Shown here one piece after another: positions 49,955 through 63,684 of a stretch of DNA of 64,000 nt. Every line of letters starts with the position of its first letter. Within the stretch, counting starts at the first letter, position 1. Position numbers and translations under genes: made by a program. The stretch is from Magallana gigas (Eukaryota), in contig NC_088859.1 in NCBI RefSeq assembly GCF_963853765.1, positions 48,546,001-48,610,000 of the forward strand, given 5' to 3'. The notes beneath the pieces were generated by a model. The model was not told the DNA's origin. It worked only from the letters and a program-made list of their open reading frames with translations, and did not search any database.

Positions 49955-50635
49955 ACTTGTCAATGTTAATAAAACAAAAATAATGGTTTTCTCCAAAGGT
50001 CCAACATCGAAAAAGCTTTTTTATTATAAAGGAGAAGTTATTGAAAATGTTAAAGAATTCAAATACCTGGGTATCGTTCTGTCAAGAACTGGTTCATTTA
50101 TTAAAGCAAAAAAGCATTTGTGTGAACAGGCTCAAAAGGCTATGTATGGTGTTATAACAAAAATTAAAAATTTTTAATTTACCTGTAAATTGTCAATTTG
50201 ATTTGTTTGATAAGGTTGTTTTACCAGTTTTATTGTACGGCTGCGAAATTTGGGGCTTTGAAAATCTAGATATTATTGAACGTGTACATCTGAAATTTTT
50301 GAAAACAGTACTTAATTTAAGAAGCACAACACCGAATTTTATGATATATGGAGAAACAGGGCGCTACCCGTTGTATATAAATGTTTATACAAGAATAATT
50401 ACATATTGGGGAAAAATGCTAATAAGCCCTGAGAACAAAATTGTATATACAGTGTACAGATATTTATTTTCACAACATTTTAATAGCGATTGTAAAAGCC
50501 CATGGATTGATTGTATTCAAAGGATTTTGAACATGTGCGGTCTACCATATGTCTGGCAGAACCATAATTTTGTCAATATAGAATGGTTATCTGCTACTGT
50601 AAACCAAAGATTAAAAGACCAATTTATGCAAATAT
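49955..50635 (+). pseudogene. Truncated, frameshifted LINE ORF2 fragment (RT C-terminal region)
   Basis: Motifs VNKTKIMVF, IENVKEFKYLG and VVLPVLLYGCEIWG are typical of non-LTR RT C-termini. The frame breaks near 50177 and no YADD region is present. Confidence 0.85.
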
Positions 50636-50757
50636 TGTATAAATTTTATAAATATAAACATAAATATAGAAAAAATATACTAAATTTTATAATGCAGTTT
50701 CCTTTTTCCGCTAGTATTATTGCTTGTTCATCAATGAACACATCAATAAATCAATAG

Positions 50758-51502
50758 AAAGAAGATGGGGGAATAAGATGGCGCAAATGCCCATTCGGTT
50801 TAGTAGTGAAATACAATTTTGAATTTATTTTTCCCAAATTAACTCTATTCAAATATATTATAATACAAGTTTGCAAAAGCAAAATTTCTAACAATAGTCA
50901 GTTTTTAATATATTTAACAAAAAATAAGAAAAAAAGTATATTGTTGGAAATTTTGGTGGTATCGAACCCGTAACATAAAAACCCTAGATATATAAGGTTA
51001 GCTTATGTCAGGTACTCTAACCACTGAGCCATTTCAGACACAACAAAGTGGGCTTTTTAAATATCATGTGTGACTTTGGCCACGAACTACCGGACTTGTA
51101 TTATTTTTTCAAAACGTTCAATTGTTGGGATATAAAATGATATTTTTAATATACAGTGGGTCATCTCTCCACGTTTTTGTTGATTGAAATCGCTTTGTTT
51201 TCCGACAGACCTTAATTAGACAATGAGAAAAATATGGAGCACAGACCCACTCTATAAAAGAAAGTGCCTTGAAGTTCTAAATAATGACAGTATTTGCAGG
51301 TTTTGATACTTATACGCCTGTTTGAGTCAATATATTCCAAGTATTGAATATACCTATAGGTTAAAAAGCAATGATTCGTTAAATATATATTGTTTTAAAT
51401 TATTTTTTTTTAAAAACATCAGATTTATTGATACTTTAATTTTTCAGTAGCCTGTCCGACCATGTATGGGCATTTTACACGCCTTATCCACCCATCTTCT
51501 TT
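50758..51502. mobile_element. TIR element containing a tRNA-like A/B-box segment
   Basis: AAAGAAGATGGGGGAATAAGATGGCGCAAATGCCCA is an inverted match of TGGGCATTTTACACGCCTTATCCACCCATCTTCTTT. The minus strand at 50955-51035 has TGGCTCAGTGG and GGTTCGATACC. Confidence 0.65.
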
Positions 51503-52172
51503 ATTTAAGGGATTTTATAAATATGTGAATTTGACCGTGATCTTTGTATTAGACCAGATTTGCGATTTGAGTCAAGTTTCATTCTAAACTGATAAATTAT
51601 TACTCAATTTGATAGCCATTTTTTTTCATTCAAATACACCTCTAAATGTATTTTTTATGAAGATTAAAAAAAAAATTTAGTGTAGACTCAATTATTGTGA
51701 AGAAATCCCCAGGATTATGGAAAGGCATCAATCAAATAATCTAACTGAGCAAAATCTCAGTCGAATTTACTATTTTTGGTATAAACATGTACCAATTTTA
51801 AGTTTCGTTGAAGGCAATCTAATTTATAAAGGAGAATAACTTTACCACGACTGAACAACATTTTACTTCTTTTTAAACAAAGATGAACATGTACATAAAC
51901 AAATTCAATGATAAAGAATAATATAAAAGACAGAGTTAGTCCATGAATAATGCCAAATAGGAGCGTTTGAGGTCCTACACGAACAACGTTAAACAGGTGT
52001 TCATGAGCTAGTGCACAGATATCATTAAACAGGGAAGCGTGAGTTAACGGTGCAGGGACATTGTTGAACAGATGGGTTTAGTTGGTGCACAGGCATCAAT
52101 AAGAAAGGTGAGCATGAGGTGGAGCATGCACAGACTTCAGTTAATACATGTTTAGGTTGTGTATGAACATCA

Positions 52173-53141
52173 TTAAACAGGTGTATTAGAGCTGGAGTAT
52201 GCTAAACTGTCTTCAGTGACTCCTATACCACAGCGGAGCAGATAAGTGAAGGCTTTTCTGAAATCGGCGTTTTTCAGTCCGAATATAATCCAATTCAGTC
52301 CGGAGTTTACCAGCCCCAGTACTGACAGGAACTTCCTGAGAGTAGCTATAGCGATGTTGTCTTCCAGAAATAAGGTGTCAAAAATCACGACGAGCAGGTA
52401 AGGGCCCCAGCAAACGGCGAAGGCTCCCAGTAACAACATCATGATTTTGGTCTTCTTGTAAGACTTGCTCGTAATTCGATTCCTTTCATGTGGTCGCTGA
52501 ATCGGTTTGTCACAATTCTTGAACTGTTTCCATGCTGTTCTTATAACTTTGACATACATGATAAAGTTTACAATAAGAGATGAGGCAAAAAACATAAACA
52601 TAAGACCCTTGTAAGCTTTTGTATAAATCAGCTCAATGTCACAAGGAAGGTTCTCTTCCCATTGGTTCCAGCCAAGAAGTGGAAGCGAGGCAAGTGATAT
52701 CGATAAAACCCAGCACGCCACGATAACCATCGACATCGTCTGCCAAGTGCATATCATGGCATGTTTAAGGGGGTGCAACACGGCGATATATCGCTCGAAC
52801 GATATCGCCAACAGATTCATAACGGAGGCTCCAAGGAACATGTTGCACAGAGAGTGGCGGATCAAACAAAAATACTTCCGTCGGGCGAGTTCTAGGTTGG
52901 ACAAGAAGACGAGGTCGTACGGAATAAAGACTATGCCAATCAAGAGATCGGACGCCGCCAAGTTCCCTATCAGGATGTAGATCCGTTTCCGGAGACGATG
53001 AAATCGAAGCAGACTGGTGATTATCAACAGGTTCCCTAGGACTATGGGTCCAATGATGGCACACTCCACGACAAAGAAAGTGGTGATCAAGGATTCGTAC
53101 GGAATGTGTGTCATGTTCCTCCACTCCAACATCGTGGCCAT
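52173..53141 (-). CDS. Class A (rhodopsin-like) GPCR, intronless CDS, 322 aa; ligand unknown
   Basis: Seven hydrophobic segments with GN (TM1), LAASD (TM2), ERY (TM3), W (TM4) and CWGP (TM6). TM7 reads NWIIF. Confidence 0.93.
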   Translation of the reverse strand: MATMLEWRNMTHIPYESLITTFFVVECAIIGPIVLGNLLIITSLLRFHRLRKRIYILIGNLAASDLLIGIVFIPYDLVFLSNLELARRKYFCLIRHSLCNMFLGASVMNLLAISFERYIAVLHPLKHAMICTWQTMSMVIVACWVLSISLASLPLLGWNQWEENLPCDIELIYTKAYKGLMFMFFASSLIVNFIMYVKVIRTAWKQFKNCDKPIQRPHERNRITSKSYKKTKIMMLLLGAFAVCWGPYLLVVIFDTLFLEDNIAIATLRKFLSVLGLVNSGLNWIIFGLKNADFRKAFTYLLRCGIGVTEDSLAYSSSNTPV

Positions 53142-55218
53142 CCTTCAGCTAGTCCAACATTGCAAGTAATTAAAATCGGAAGTCGTAATTATTAAAATTA
53201 TTAATTGCGTGGTATTGATCCTGTAGAGAGATATACCTGGCGCATGAGGCCCTGATGATGGGAGATAATGGTCCCTGTGGCTGAAGGCGGGTTCAGCAGT
53301 CATCACGGATACCAACTGATGTCGTATGTCAAATCAAACAAATGGGAGTATCATTTTGATTGATACCTACGTTTGTCAAGGCCCTTCATCAGTCCGACCG
53401 GGCGTCATCAGAGTAGTGCTTTATTCGAGGGAACAGGCCCCTTTACATCGCAATTACGGAGAAGATTTGTTCCAACGTAATTAGGATGGCTTTAATCTCG
53501 GGAGAATTTCCGTATATGGAAACTTTCTATCTACTCTATCAATCGTATTGCCGCGGGCGGTGTTTACCTGCATTATTGTTCGTTCGATTGGTCACGGTTT
53601 TGTCAACATGTGTCGGTGCCCAGCATCAATCTTGTGGATGGACACTCACAGTTAGAGCAAACTGAGGTCGAAACATCAAAAGACTGGTCAATTTTACCAT
53701 ATAGTGCACAACATACGTCAATGGTTTAAGTTTAAGTCCCAACCGCTGTAAATAAAATAAAATTATGTTGGGGTTATTCTTATCTCATAGATTGTTTTCA
53801 AAGATTTGTGATTAGTTACGCCTATAATGCAAGATATTTTTTTCAAAACCGCTTAAGATGCCATGTGTATTCTATTATATTCTATATTTCACTTAATTTC
53901 TCTTTGATTTAACATTGACATTTGTAATATCTTACACTTAATTAAAAAAGGGAGGAAAATGCAGTTGGTTGCAAATCATACGATTGATGAGATCCCCCCC
54001 CCCCTGTGAAGGGGTCATTCGGGCCATACGAAAAATTTGTGTTAAATCATTCACGAGAACAAGAAAAACAGAAGTGGGCCTGGGTATTTTAGCTAATGTA
54101 AGACTACACACTGTCCCGAGTTATTGCTTTTTGCTTGATATTTCAATAATAGTAAATACCTTTGTGCTCAAACTACGTTCATCCACTTATATGAAAAATG
54201 TCCAGATTATCTGTTTTAAAACGCCTCCTCTACCGCTTCAGGTTTCAATACACATCCCAAAATTGAAAGTCTACGGAGATTTTGCATTGCATCAGCCATT
54301 AATAAGCCCGGATGATAACGTTAAAAAGTTGCGCGAGGTATCCCGAGTACTTCCGAATGGAGAAAAGATCTAAAAATTTCCCATTATAAATCTCCGTAAG
54401 AAAATTGTTTTCGTTCCTGTGAACTTTTATCAGTGAAAAATGATCATTGTTCAATGAAGATATCTTGGATATATTCCCTTTTATCAATTTCAACTGTATT
54501 TCTTTCACATGTATGTGTATTTTTATCAAAAATCATCAAAAAATGATGGAAGCAATAACTTGGGACAGACTATAGTTGTGGGATTGGGATTATAATTTTC
54601 CCCATGTAAGTTTCGTTTCCGAAAGGGTTAATAAATGTCCGTCTTGTAATTATGAAAACAGTATTTTATCCTATACTGTCATTTTTTCAGTGACAATAAA
54701 CAGTTCTTTCCAAAATCGCCTATCGATACTGGGATAAAAATATATGTAGCTTGCAAAACATTATTTAAACAATAAAATGCTTTCTTTGGTGATTTATTCG
54801 GGATATGAAGGTAGCAACACTGCAGAATTTTTTTTCTGCAATGATCGCTACCTTCATAACCCATATGAATCATCAAAGAAAGCATTTTATTATTTATATT
54901 AACATCTTTCTTTTAACAGATTGATAAATTGATTATGAAAAGTGAGTAAAATTCACTAAATTACTGTTAATAAGTACTTAAGCTAAAAGAAACAGCCACA
55001 TCGTCTCCTGTGAGACTCTGAGTCTGACATCATCATGATTTTTTCATGCAGTCAGTGATTTTTTTAGGCCGATTTTTTTTTTTAGGTCGCTGAAGCTTCG
55101 ACCAATCGATAAACAGGGCGTGTCAATTTCACTCATGTCAGTTTCTTGTCAGTTTCAGCCGCTGTGGATTTCGACCAATCGATAAACGGGGCGTGTAGAA
55201 TTAGAGCTATGAATTAAC

Positions 55219-55708
55219 TATAGAACCATTATGATAAGACCATGGACTTTCGGTTAAACGTAACTTTCTTTTTCTTGCGTCAAAACAAGTTAAAAATAAC
55301 GCGGTTTCAAGCGAAATGTGCATAGACTGTGTAGTCATAGCTCAAAAGCCAGACAAATCTTGTTGATTTCAAAGAGTGGACGGCAAAGAAATAGACAGGG
55401 TTATGTCATATTGCTGTTTAACACAACTACCCAAAATCCAAGCTCTTGTTAAAATGGTTCTAAGTTTCCGTAAGAAATAGAATAATTTTACCAGAGCTTG
55501 GACTTTGGGTAGTTGTGTCAAACACCAATGAGACGTAAGCCTGTTTATTTCATTGCCAGCCACTCAGTCATGGTTCTTTGAAATTATTAGAACTAAGACT
55601 ACGCAATCGATGTATATTTCGCTTGAAACCGCGTCATTTTTAATTTGCAAGGAATAGATAAATACGCCCTACTGAAAGTCCAAGGTCTTGTTAAAATGGT
55701 TCTAATAC
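55219..55708. mobile_element. Two copies of the AGAACCATT-TIR MITE in inverted orientation
   Basis: The internal word GGTTTCAAGCGAAAT (about 55303) reappears as ATTTCGCTTGAAACC (about 55616). TIR ends AAAATGGTTCTAA occur at about 55463 and 55707. Confidence 0.75.
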
Positions 55709-58127
55709 TTGGTAGATGTAAATATTTGGGAATAAATGATGATATCATAACGTTTTGAACTCTTCCTTTACGAATCGAATTGGTTCTTTCTCTTGGTTAG
55801 GCAAATCTCATGGTATTCGGATAAAGTTTTACAAACATGTACCTTAACTTTACATGTAAGAATTAACCTCAATATTGTCATTTGTCAAATGCTCAAAGCA
55901 TCCTTTTTCACAAATGTTGGAAAAACGCCTCAAAGAAGACAGCACAATGGACTTTGTTTCGACGACAGACAGGACTACTCCATTTCTGCCCATAAAGCGC
56001 ATGAGAACTGACGTGTGGTGACGCGTCACACTAAAAGCTTTCTGACACATCACCATCACGCGGTCATTTTCTTTCCATTAAACTTTGGCTGGTGAGAAAT
56101 TGCTCTCTATTTTCACGAAAAATATGGCGTCTTTGGAAATATATACAATAATTTAATGTGGTACAGCTTAAAGATCTATGTACATGTATAGGCACAAATA
56201 TAAGCTTAACATATTTTCAAGGTAAATAAAAAAAATTAAGTTTATCGACTGACTGTAAACCATAGTTTATTATTGTCTCTGTCACTTACATGTACCAGTC
56301 TGCTTACCTTAGTTCAATACCATTTTTAAAACAAATAAACACCTGAACTTTCTTTACAGGACGTACAAAGTGTTTAGATTGTTAGTTGTTAGGAATATTT
56401 CCTCAATTTTTTTCTCAATGTTTTTTAAATTTTTTTTGAAGACGCCATTTTTATCGCTAAAATTATCCTTAAACGATAAAAAGCTCTATACACATTAAAA
56501 GCGAAGGCGAAATTCATAATACCAGAAAAGGGGGATAATTAATCAAAATATCTCCCTTGCAAGGTAAGAAAGTAGTCATGAAAATAATATGTTGTAGAGG
56601 ACATCTTAATGTTGTGTTAAAAATTTAAAAGCAAAAAAATTCATTGACAAATAATTTTACACTGCAACCTTTTCCCCCTTAAGCTATGATAAAAAATCTT
56701 CTTAAGCTATGATAATAAATCTTCAACATTATATATTGAAAATAACTCTCTCATTTATTTGTAAATAATCACATTTTTCACAGATCGTGACTAATTCATT
56801 ATCAACTGTGCAGTGGCGTCGGAAGCAAATTGAAAGTGGGGGGGGGGGGGGGGCTAGTCTAATCATCAGAAATCATGCAAAAAAAAAAACAAAAAAAAAC
56901 CCAACAAACAAACAAAACCCCCTAATTCCGATAATCATGAAAATCCTAATCGGGGGGAGTGGGGGGGGGGGGGGGTATACCTATTACTCCAAAACAATAT
57001 CCCTATTAAAGAAAATTCTCCCTAAATCATGAAAATCCTAATCCGGGAAGGGGGTGGGGGCTTTGACTGCAATTTTTAAGTACCGCTATTAATATTGCAA
57101 TCTTTTTTTTAGGAGGCCGACTTTAGTTTGCATTGCGCATGTTTTTGCGCATTCTAATATAATACAGTTGATTTATACTTCTTATGATTTTTTTTCGACA
57201 TCATCTATAAAATTGAATACAATAAACAAAATACAGATAAAACTATTTAGATTTTTAAAGGAAATTTTTATTTTTAACACGATTTTTACGTTGTGCGGTA
57301 GGGGAGCATTGCCATTGCGCTTTTAAGACCTTATGACTAAATGAAGCTTTGTAGGAGTACGTTATAAGAAATAACATAAAAGAAAAAGTAAAAATTGTAC
57401 GCTGTTGAAATTTTAAATACAGAATGATGCCATCCTCGAGGACATTTTCCTCATTTTTGGAATGAATCCATTATCATCAATCATCATTCGTGATGATCCA
57501 AATATATAGCAAAATTTGGTGCATTTTAATATTTTGAGATGGTCCCCACTAAAAACCAGACGGTAGAATTTTGTGTTTTTTGCATATAAGGTAGGAAATG
57601 ATATTACTAATGATATATAACAATTTGAGAAAAAAAGCTATTGTAGTATTTTTTTAAACTGCTTTGATGTGCGGAAAATGACAGTTTCCTATATATTCCT
57701 ATAGTAAATGTACCTCTATTTTGAGATGGTCCCTAAAAAGAACCAGACGGTCGATTTTCATGAACCTTCGCAAATAAACTAGAGTTGGTTTAAATAACAT
57801 ATGGTAAAAAAATAAAGAGTTATGCTATTGTAGTTTTTCCGCAAAAAAACCCAAATCGGCCTCCTTAAGTACCGCTATTAATATTTCAATCTTTTTAAAA
57901 AGTGGGGGGGGGGGTGGCCCCTCTTTGATGCTATGTGCCTAATGGTTAGGTCTACCTTTGCTAAAAAAGTGGGGGGGGGGGGCTAAGCTGTGTAATAAAA
58001 AACGTCTGCACGTAATCGATAAATAAAGACTTTTGAGAAGTCGAATTGTTTTACGAATGACCCATCAAATTGTGTATAACGTCATCAAATGTTGTGAATG
58101 TGACGTTTTGTGTATGTGCTTTTCGAA

Positions 58128-60742
58128 ATGGCTTCGACTCATGAACTGAAAGATGGTAAAATATACTGCTTCTAGTTTGAACGGCTATTTAATTATTCAT
58201 TGAATCCAAAGAAAAGCTATGTTGAACTTGTTTAATTCTTACCTTCAGTTAGGTAGTCGAATTAATCAATTTGAATACATTTAATAACTCATGAAAGCCC
58301 GTCCAACAAGTTGAATCTTGTATTTTTCTGAAATAAAGTGTAAACTACAGAGCATGTTTAAAGAATTGATATTTGTTTGATTATTTATACTTTTAGATAT
58401 CAATATATGAACATTGTTGATTCAATTTCCTTTTAAATAGACCATATAGCTTCTGCACGCTAAATAAAAATTTACCTACTATAATTGAATTAGCTGCAAG
58501 TCTGTAGCTCCCGGTCTGAAAAAATTCGGATTGACGACCTGGGAGTTACAGTTCCGAACGTGTTAAAAAGTTTCAATATACAGAGCACATAATATTGCGC
58601 CAGTTTTTGGACTGATTAACCTTATTTGCAAACAAATTATGTGGGAAAATTAATATGATTAAATTCTTCAGGCAATTTACTACTGATAATGTCACTTTAC
58701 TGCCTTAGACTTTCTCTTAAATACAATATCGAACCTCAAAAAATAAATATCACGTGCAGATAGAGAGTCGCCATTTATACATGTAAACAAACTGCACCAC
58801 TTCACTTTACAGGGCTGGTCATGGTGTTTTAAAGAATATCAGAGGCAAGTAAAGTGACGATATGAGTAGTAAAATGTCCGAGGAATATTTTGGAATAATA
58901 TATTTGAACAGAATGTGTTCAGAAATAAGATTAATAAGCCAAACCTAGTGCAATTTCTTGTGCACTGCAAATTGCAACTTTTTTTCACATATGGAACAGT
59001 CCAAACTGTAGCACCCTGGTTGTCAATCTGAATTTTTTTCAGACCGGGAGCTACAGACCTCACCTGCAGCAATAACTAAATGTTGTCCTCTTAGTGATTA
59101 GCAATTCTATTCAAGAAAACCCATGTGATTGACAACCAGTTATATGATTACATAGTTAAAGAGTTTTTATAGACTGCCAAAATTATTGTCATCCAAATTA
59201 CAATATTGGCCTTATCTAAGGAAACTTATTTGCCCCCTACATTCGAATGGAAATGGTCAATGGAGCTACTATGAGTCATTCTATTAATACAAATGTCAAT
59301 ATTCCTTCTGTGTTAATATTTTCATTTTTCAAAAGGGTTATGAAATTTTCCAAGTGCTTATGACAAGATGAGCCTTGCAATGAATTAAAGCTGGGTAACA
59401 GGGTGGGAGAAATAATGACGAACCAGACTGGCATTCAAGCCTAGGCAGGCCGAGCCCTCCCCCCATCCCAAGTCAGTTGCTCTAATCAACTGAGCTATCT
59501 GGCACCAGTATTCAAGCTGGACTGTAAAAAACAACTTCTTACAATTTTGCAATTACTATGCATACTAAAAATATTAAGCTACAGTGCCTTAAAAAAATGT
59601 TACATCAGTATTACAATCTCCTGTATTGTTGTTTATACTTTCAGTCATAAAAGAAACTTTGGAAAATCGTGGTTCACTTGGACAGATAAAGGCGAGGATC
59701 CGTGCTGAAGTGTTCAGTGCCTTAGATGACCAGAGTGAGGTGAAACCACCTCTGAGCAATGAAAATATGATAATCAATGAACTCATCCGAGAGTACCTGG
59801 ACTTCAATAAATATAAATATTCATCATCAGTTTTGGTTGCAGGTAACTTGAAATTTAATTTGCTATTAGAATCTTAAATTTAAAATTGGTGAATCATTGA
59901 AAAATTGTTTGGGTTACTGTAATAAACTTGTTATATTTAAAACACTGCTGTGGTGTCATTCCTTTGTTCCAGCAGTCTAAAATTTTACCTGTGATAGTCC
60001 GATATTAGTAAGCTTCATAATATCAGACTGTAACCAGTGGTTACAATACTGATATCCTGCAAAATTGGACTGTCTCAGGTAAATCAACAATGATATTCAA
60101 TGGCAGTGTTATATATATATGCCTCAAACACTTTTGTATGAAAAAAAAAATCAGTTCTCTGCCCTAAAAGGCCTTGAAACGCTATTTTCATACAGAACTG
60201 TTTTCGGCATATATTCATTACTTACCTTCCTAAACTTATGAAAGTTAATTATAAAATAAAATTCAACCATGTATCCCTTAGAATCTGGACAGCCCAAATC
60301 ACCATTAGACCGAGACTTTCTTACCAAAGAATTAAACATAAAGGAAGATTACAGATCAAAGTCTGTGTAAGTATGATGTATCACCGATCATCCTCAATAT
60401 GTAACCCATTTCAGTAAATTCCAAATAGGTAGTTGTTGTATGAGTTATCTCTCTTGTTCTTACAGTCCTCTGTTGTACAGCATTATTTCTAACCACCTGA
60501 GAGAGAACCGCCCCTCCTCCCCGTCCCGACAGCGCCCCCACGGAGCCTTCCTCCAACAGCTGGAGAGTGAACTAGGTAAACTTGTGTCCACATGTTAATT
60601 TATTTAGAAAATCAAGTTCTTGAATGATTCACATTGGTTTGAAATGGAGACTTGCTGACAAAATTCATCACAGTATAGCAGATTGACTTACATTTCAGAT
60701 AATGAACAAGAACCCTTTGTTGTAATGGGTGGCAAGAGGTGA
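58128..60742 (+). CDS. CEP20: Centrosomal protein 20 (FOPNL/FOR20), LisH domain, 5 exons, 154 aa
   Basis: Exons 58128-58155, 59645-59842, 60282-60366, 60466-60575 and 60699-60742 join in frame. MASTHELKDVIKETLENRGSLGQIKARIRAEVFSALDD...NELIREYLDFNKYKYSSSVLVAESGQP matches the FOPNL family. Confidence 0.93.
58493..59070. mobile_element. TIR MITE in CEP20 intron 1
   Basis: TCTGTAGCTCCCGGTCTGAAAAAATTCGGATTGACGACC (from 58501) is an inverted match of GGTTGTCAATCTGAATTTTTTTCAGACCGGGAGCTACAGA (about 59018-59057). Confidence 0.8.
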
Positions 60743-63539
60743 TGCTGATCCTTGTGTGATGTTCAAACTTCATGCATACTGACTGTTAAGTCTATTGGTT
60801 GTCAGTTGATGGACTGTAAAGGATACATTGGATATAGCATGATTACATTGAATGAGATGGCGTGGGTTATGCTAGAATCAACTTCCTTCTGTGTATTGGA
60901 CAAAGTGAGCATTCAGTTTATCCCACAATCATAGCTTAGAGTTGGGATGTACCATATTTTAACATGTGTATTTCCTTGTTGATTATGATAGATTTGTGAG
61001 AGATATTTTAAATGAATCTTTTGTACAGTGATTGACGTAACATATCTTGTCGGGAGATGTGATGACTGTGTAAATGACTCCTGGGAATACTAGAGCTTGT
61101 CATAAACTTGTGTAATATATTAAAACTGTGAATATAGTAGCAGATTGTATTTATGTCTATGTTTATCTATAAGATTCAGAATGCAAAGATTCTGTGATAC
61201 AATGGTACCCGCCTGTGTAATTACAAAGCTATTGTAAAAATATATGGAATTTACATAAGCTGTGAAATTGGCCGTAAAAGTATGAATAAAAATGAGCTGC
61301 ATTTATTGGCCTATCAGTTGTAAATGTTTATGAATTTTGATACCAGTTATTAAACTATTGTTACATGAATACGAAGGTTGCTTAAGGATCCTTGACACTC
61401 CGTGACTTCTTTTTATGACAGGTCGTCACAACATAGCGATTTGAACGCATTGTGAACCAGTTTTATCGCCTGAATTTGTTGTCTATCTCTGTGGTACAAT
61501 GGGTGTATCTTTAATAAATAGCAGTACAATTAAAGAAAATAACACCCCCTCCCCCCCCCCCCCCCCCCAAAAAAAAAATAAAATAAATAAATTGTCATTT
61601 TCAAGTCGGTCACATGCTAGAAATCCATATATTTACAAAGTAATTTAGAATTTCGGGTTTGTATGCAGAACTTTTCCTAGGCGTGCGGAGGACCCTTAAA
61701 CAAGTTATAAAATAAAATAGAAAAAACCATTTTTGTGACACTTGTTCCCGGTGTGTAAAAAATATATATGAAAAAAAAAACGGCCTACTTACAACAATGT
61801 TGAAAATTGTTTGTACGATTTAGTTTGTATGCATGAACGACTTAGAAAATCGAGAGTTGGTTATCAAACGGCATTTTAATTTTGGTCTTAGAACTCTTAG
61901 TTGTGCTGAAATAGCAGTTGCATTAGAGCACGCTTATCATAACTTTTTTTTTCTTTAATATTTTTTACACTCCGTGAGTATAAGCCCTTGTGTTCTGACT
62001 TTGACCTATTTTATCGTGATCTTGTAAATTACGATAATAAATTGTTCCCGTAAAGTTATTTTACTAAATTATTCGGCAGTTGCTTCCTTATCTGAGCGCT
62101 TCTAAAACTGCTCGATATTTGTATGTCCGGTATCCAGTAAATGTCATATCCAGATCTCTTTATTGCGATGTTGAACGTTAGCCAACTTTTGTGAATATAT
62201 CGAACGAGGGATTCCATGCATTGTATTGCTATTTCTCAACTGCCCCGGACCACAACACAACCTCAGATGTCGAACCGAGTATGTCTCTTATACTAGCCGC
62301 GGATCCAGGTTTTTTTTATCCTTAACACTTAACCCCCCCCCCCCCCAAAAAAAAAATAAAGTTCATAAAAAAATCAGCATAACGAAAATTCTAATTCATT
62401 ATCAAGACAACCATAAACATGGGCACCTTGGATAAGTTAATTCGTAAGAATAGATGTACCCCCTCCTCCCTTCCTTTTACAAATTCATTGCGACTTGCCT
62501 ATACATCGACAACCTCTAAATCCACTTACTATTACACCACTTTGACCTGGGTTCTTGGTGCGATTTTCTTTATTTTTACGTTTATGACGGGTTGGACGCC
62601 CTGAAATGAGAGTCGTGAAATGCCTGGTAGTATATAGTTATAGCCACAGACTGACGATGTCCAGAATGTAGTGTATAGGTGCCAAGTGCGTCGGTATTTA
62701 GTTGGAGATATCTCAATGCTATAAGTTAGGTAACAATCGATCATTTTCATGTAATCATGCTGGAGAAGAAAAAAATATTTTGAAGATTAGGAATTGGCAA
62801 ACAAATCTTGTACCAAATTTCAATTTACACGGACAGTCACCAAAAGTTAACCTAACTCGTGACATGATGTGCAAATACTTTTACAAATCTGTAAATTGAT
62901 ACTTAGAGCTGGGATGTATGTTTTGTTTATAACTATAAGTATATCTTGAGGTTGACTTGACTACTTTGAGAATGCCTTGTTGACGGTACACAAACGCTGT
63001 CTCTTTGTACTCTCTGTGATGTGAACACCCTTCAACATTTCCCTCAATCCTCAACATCTTTCTTTAATACTGGATCCTATGTGTTCTATGTATTACATAT
63101 ACTAGTAGTACATTGTTATTCCATGGGACGTTGAATGAATATTCGACCTTAGTGAAATATTGACATTACTTGTTTCGTAAAGTTTATATCTTTCATTTTA
63201 GACATGCCTTTAGAAGTCATCAAGTTTAAAAAATAAAAAATAAATATGCATTATACATGTATATTATAAGCCTTACAAATGAATCGCCTCCTCGTTTTCG
63301 ACCGAAGAACAGTATTTACGTGTACATGTATTGTATATTAATACATATCCTAGATGATCACAGAATAATATTGTATCAATTGTACCTGAATCGTCATGCA
63401 TTATCGACATGCATATCTTTATATAGAAAATGGGGCTAATTGTATGTCAATGTACAACAGCTGAATTCCGAAATAGCAATAAGGGAAAAACTCAAGGTTA
63501 ACAACCGATGGGCGAACGAAGCGACTTATCATATATAAT

Positions 63540-63684
63540 NNNNNNNNNNNNNNNNNNNNNNNNNNNNNNNNNNNNNNNNNNNNNNNNNNNNNNNNNNNNN
63601 NNNNNNNNNNNNNNNNNNNNNNNNNNNNNNNNNNNNNNNNNNNNNNNNNNNNNNNNNNNNNNNNNNNNNNNNNNNNNNNNNNNN
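63540..63684. other. Assembly gap (145 N)
   Basis: Run of N. Confidence 1.

Noticed and set aside
49926-50757. Active retrotransposon or domesticated RT gene
   Set aside because: Frameshifted, lacks the catalytic RT core and endonuclease, and is truncated at both ends.
50955-51035. Functional tRNA gene
   Set aside because: A and B boxes are present, but I could not fold an acceptor stem or anticodon arm.
53969-54373. 134-aa ORF upstream of the GPCR
   Set aside because: Non-ATG start, no motif, and composition like intergenic DNA.
62419-62750. Possible terminal exon of a gene beyond the window
   Set aside because: A GC-richer patch with a candidate minus-strand acceptor, but no frame gives a recognisable protein.
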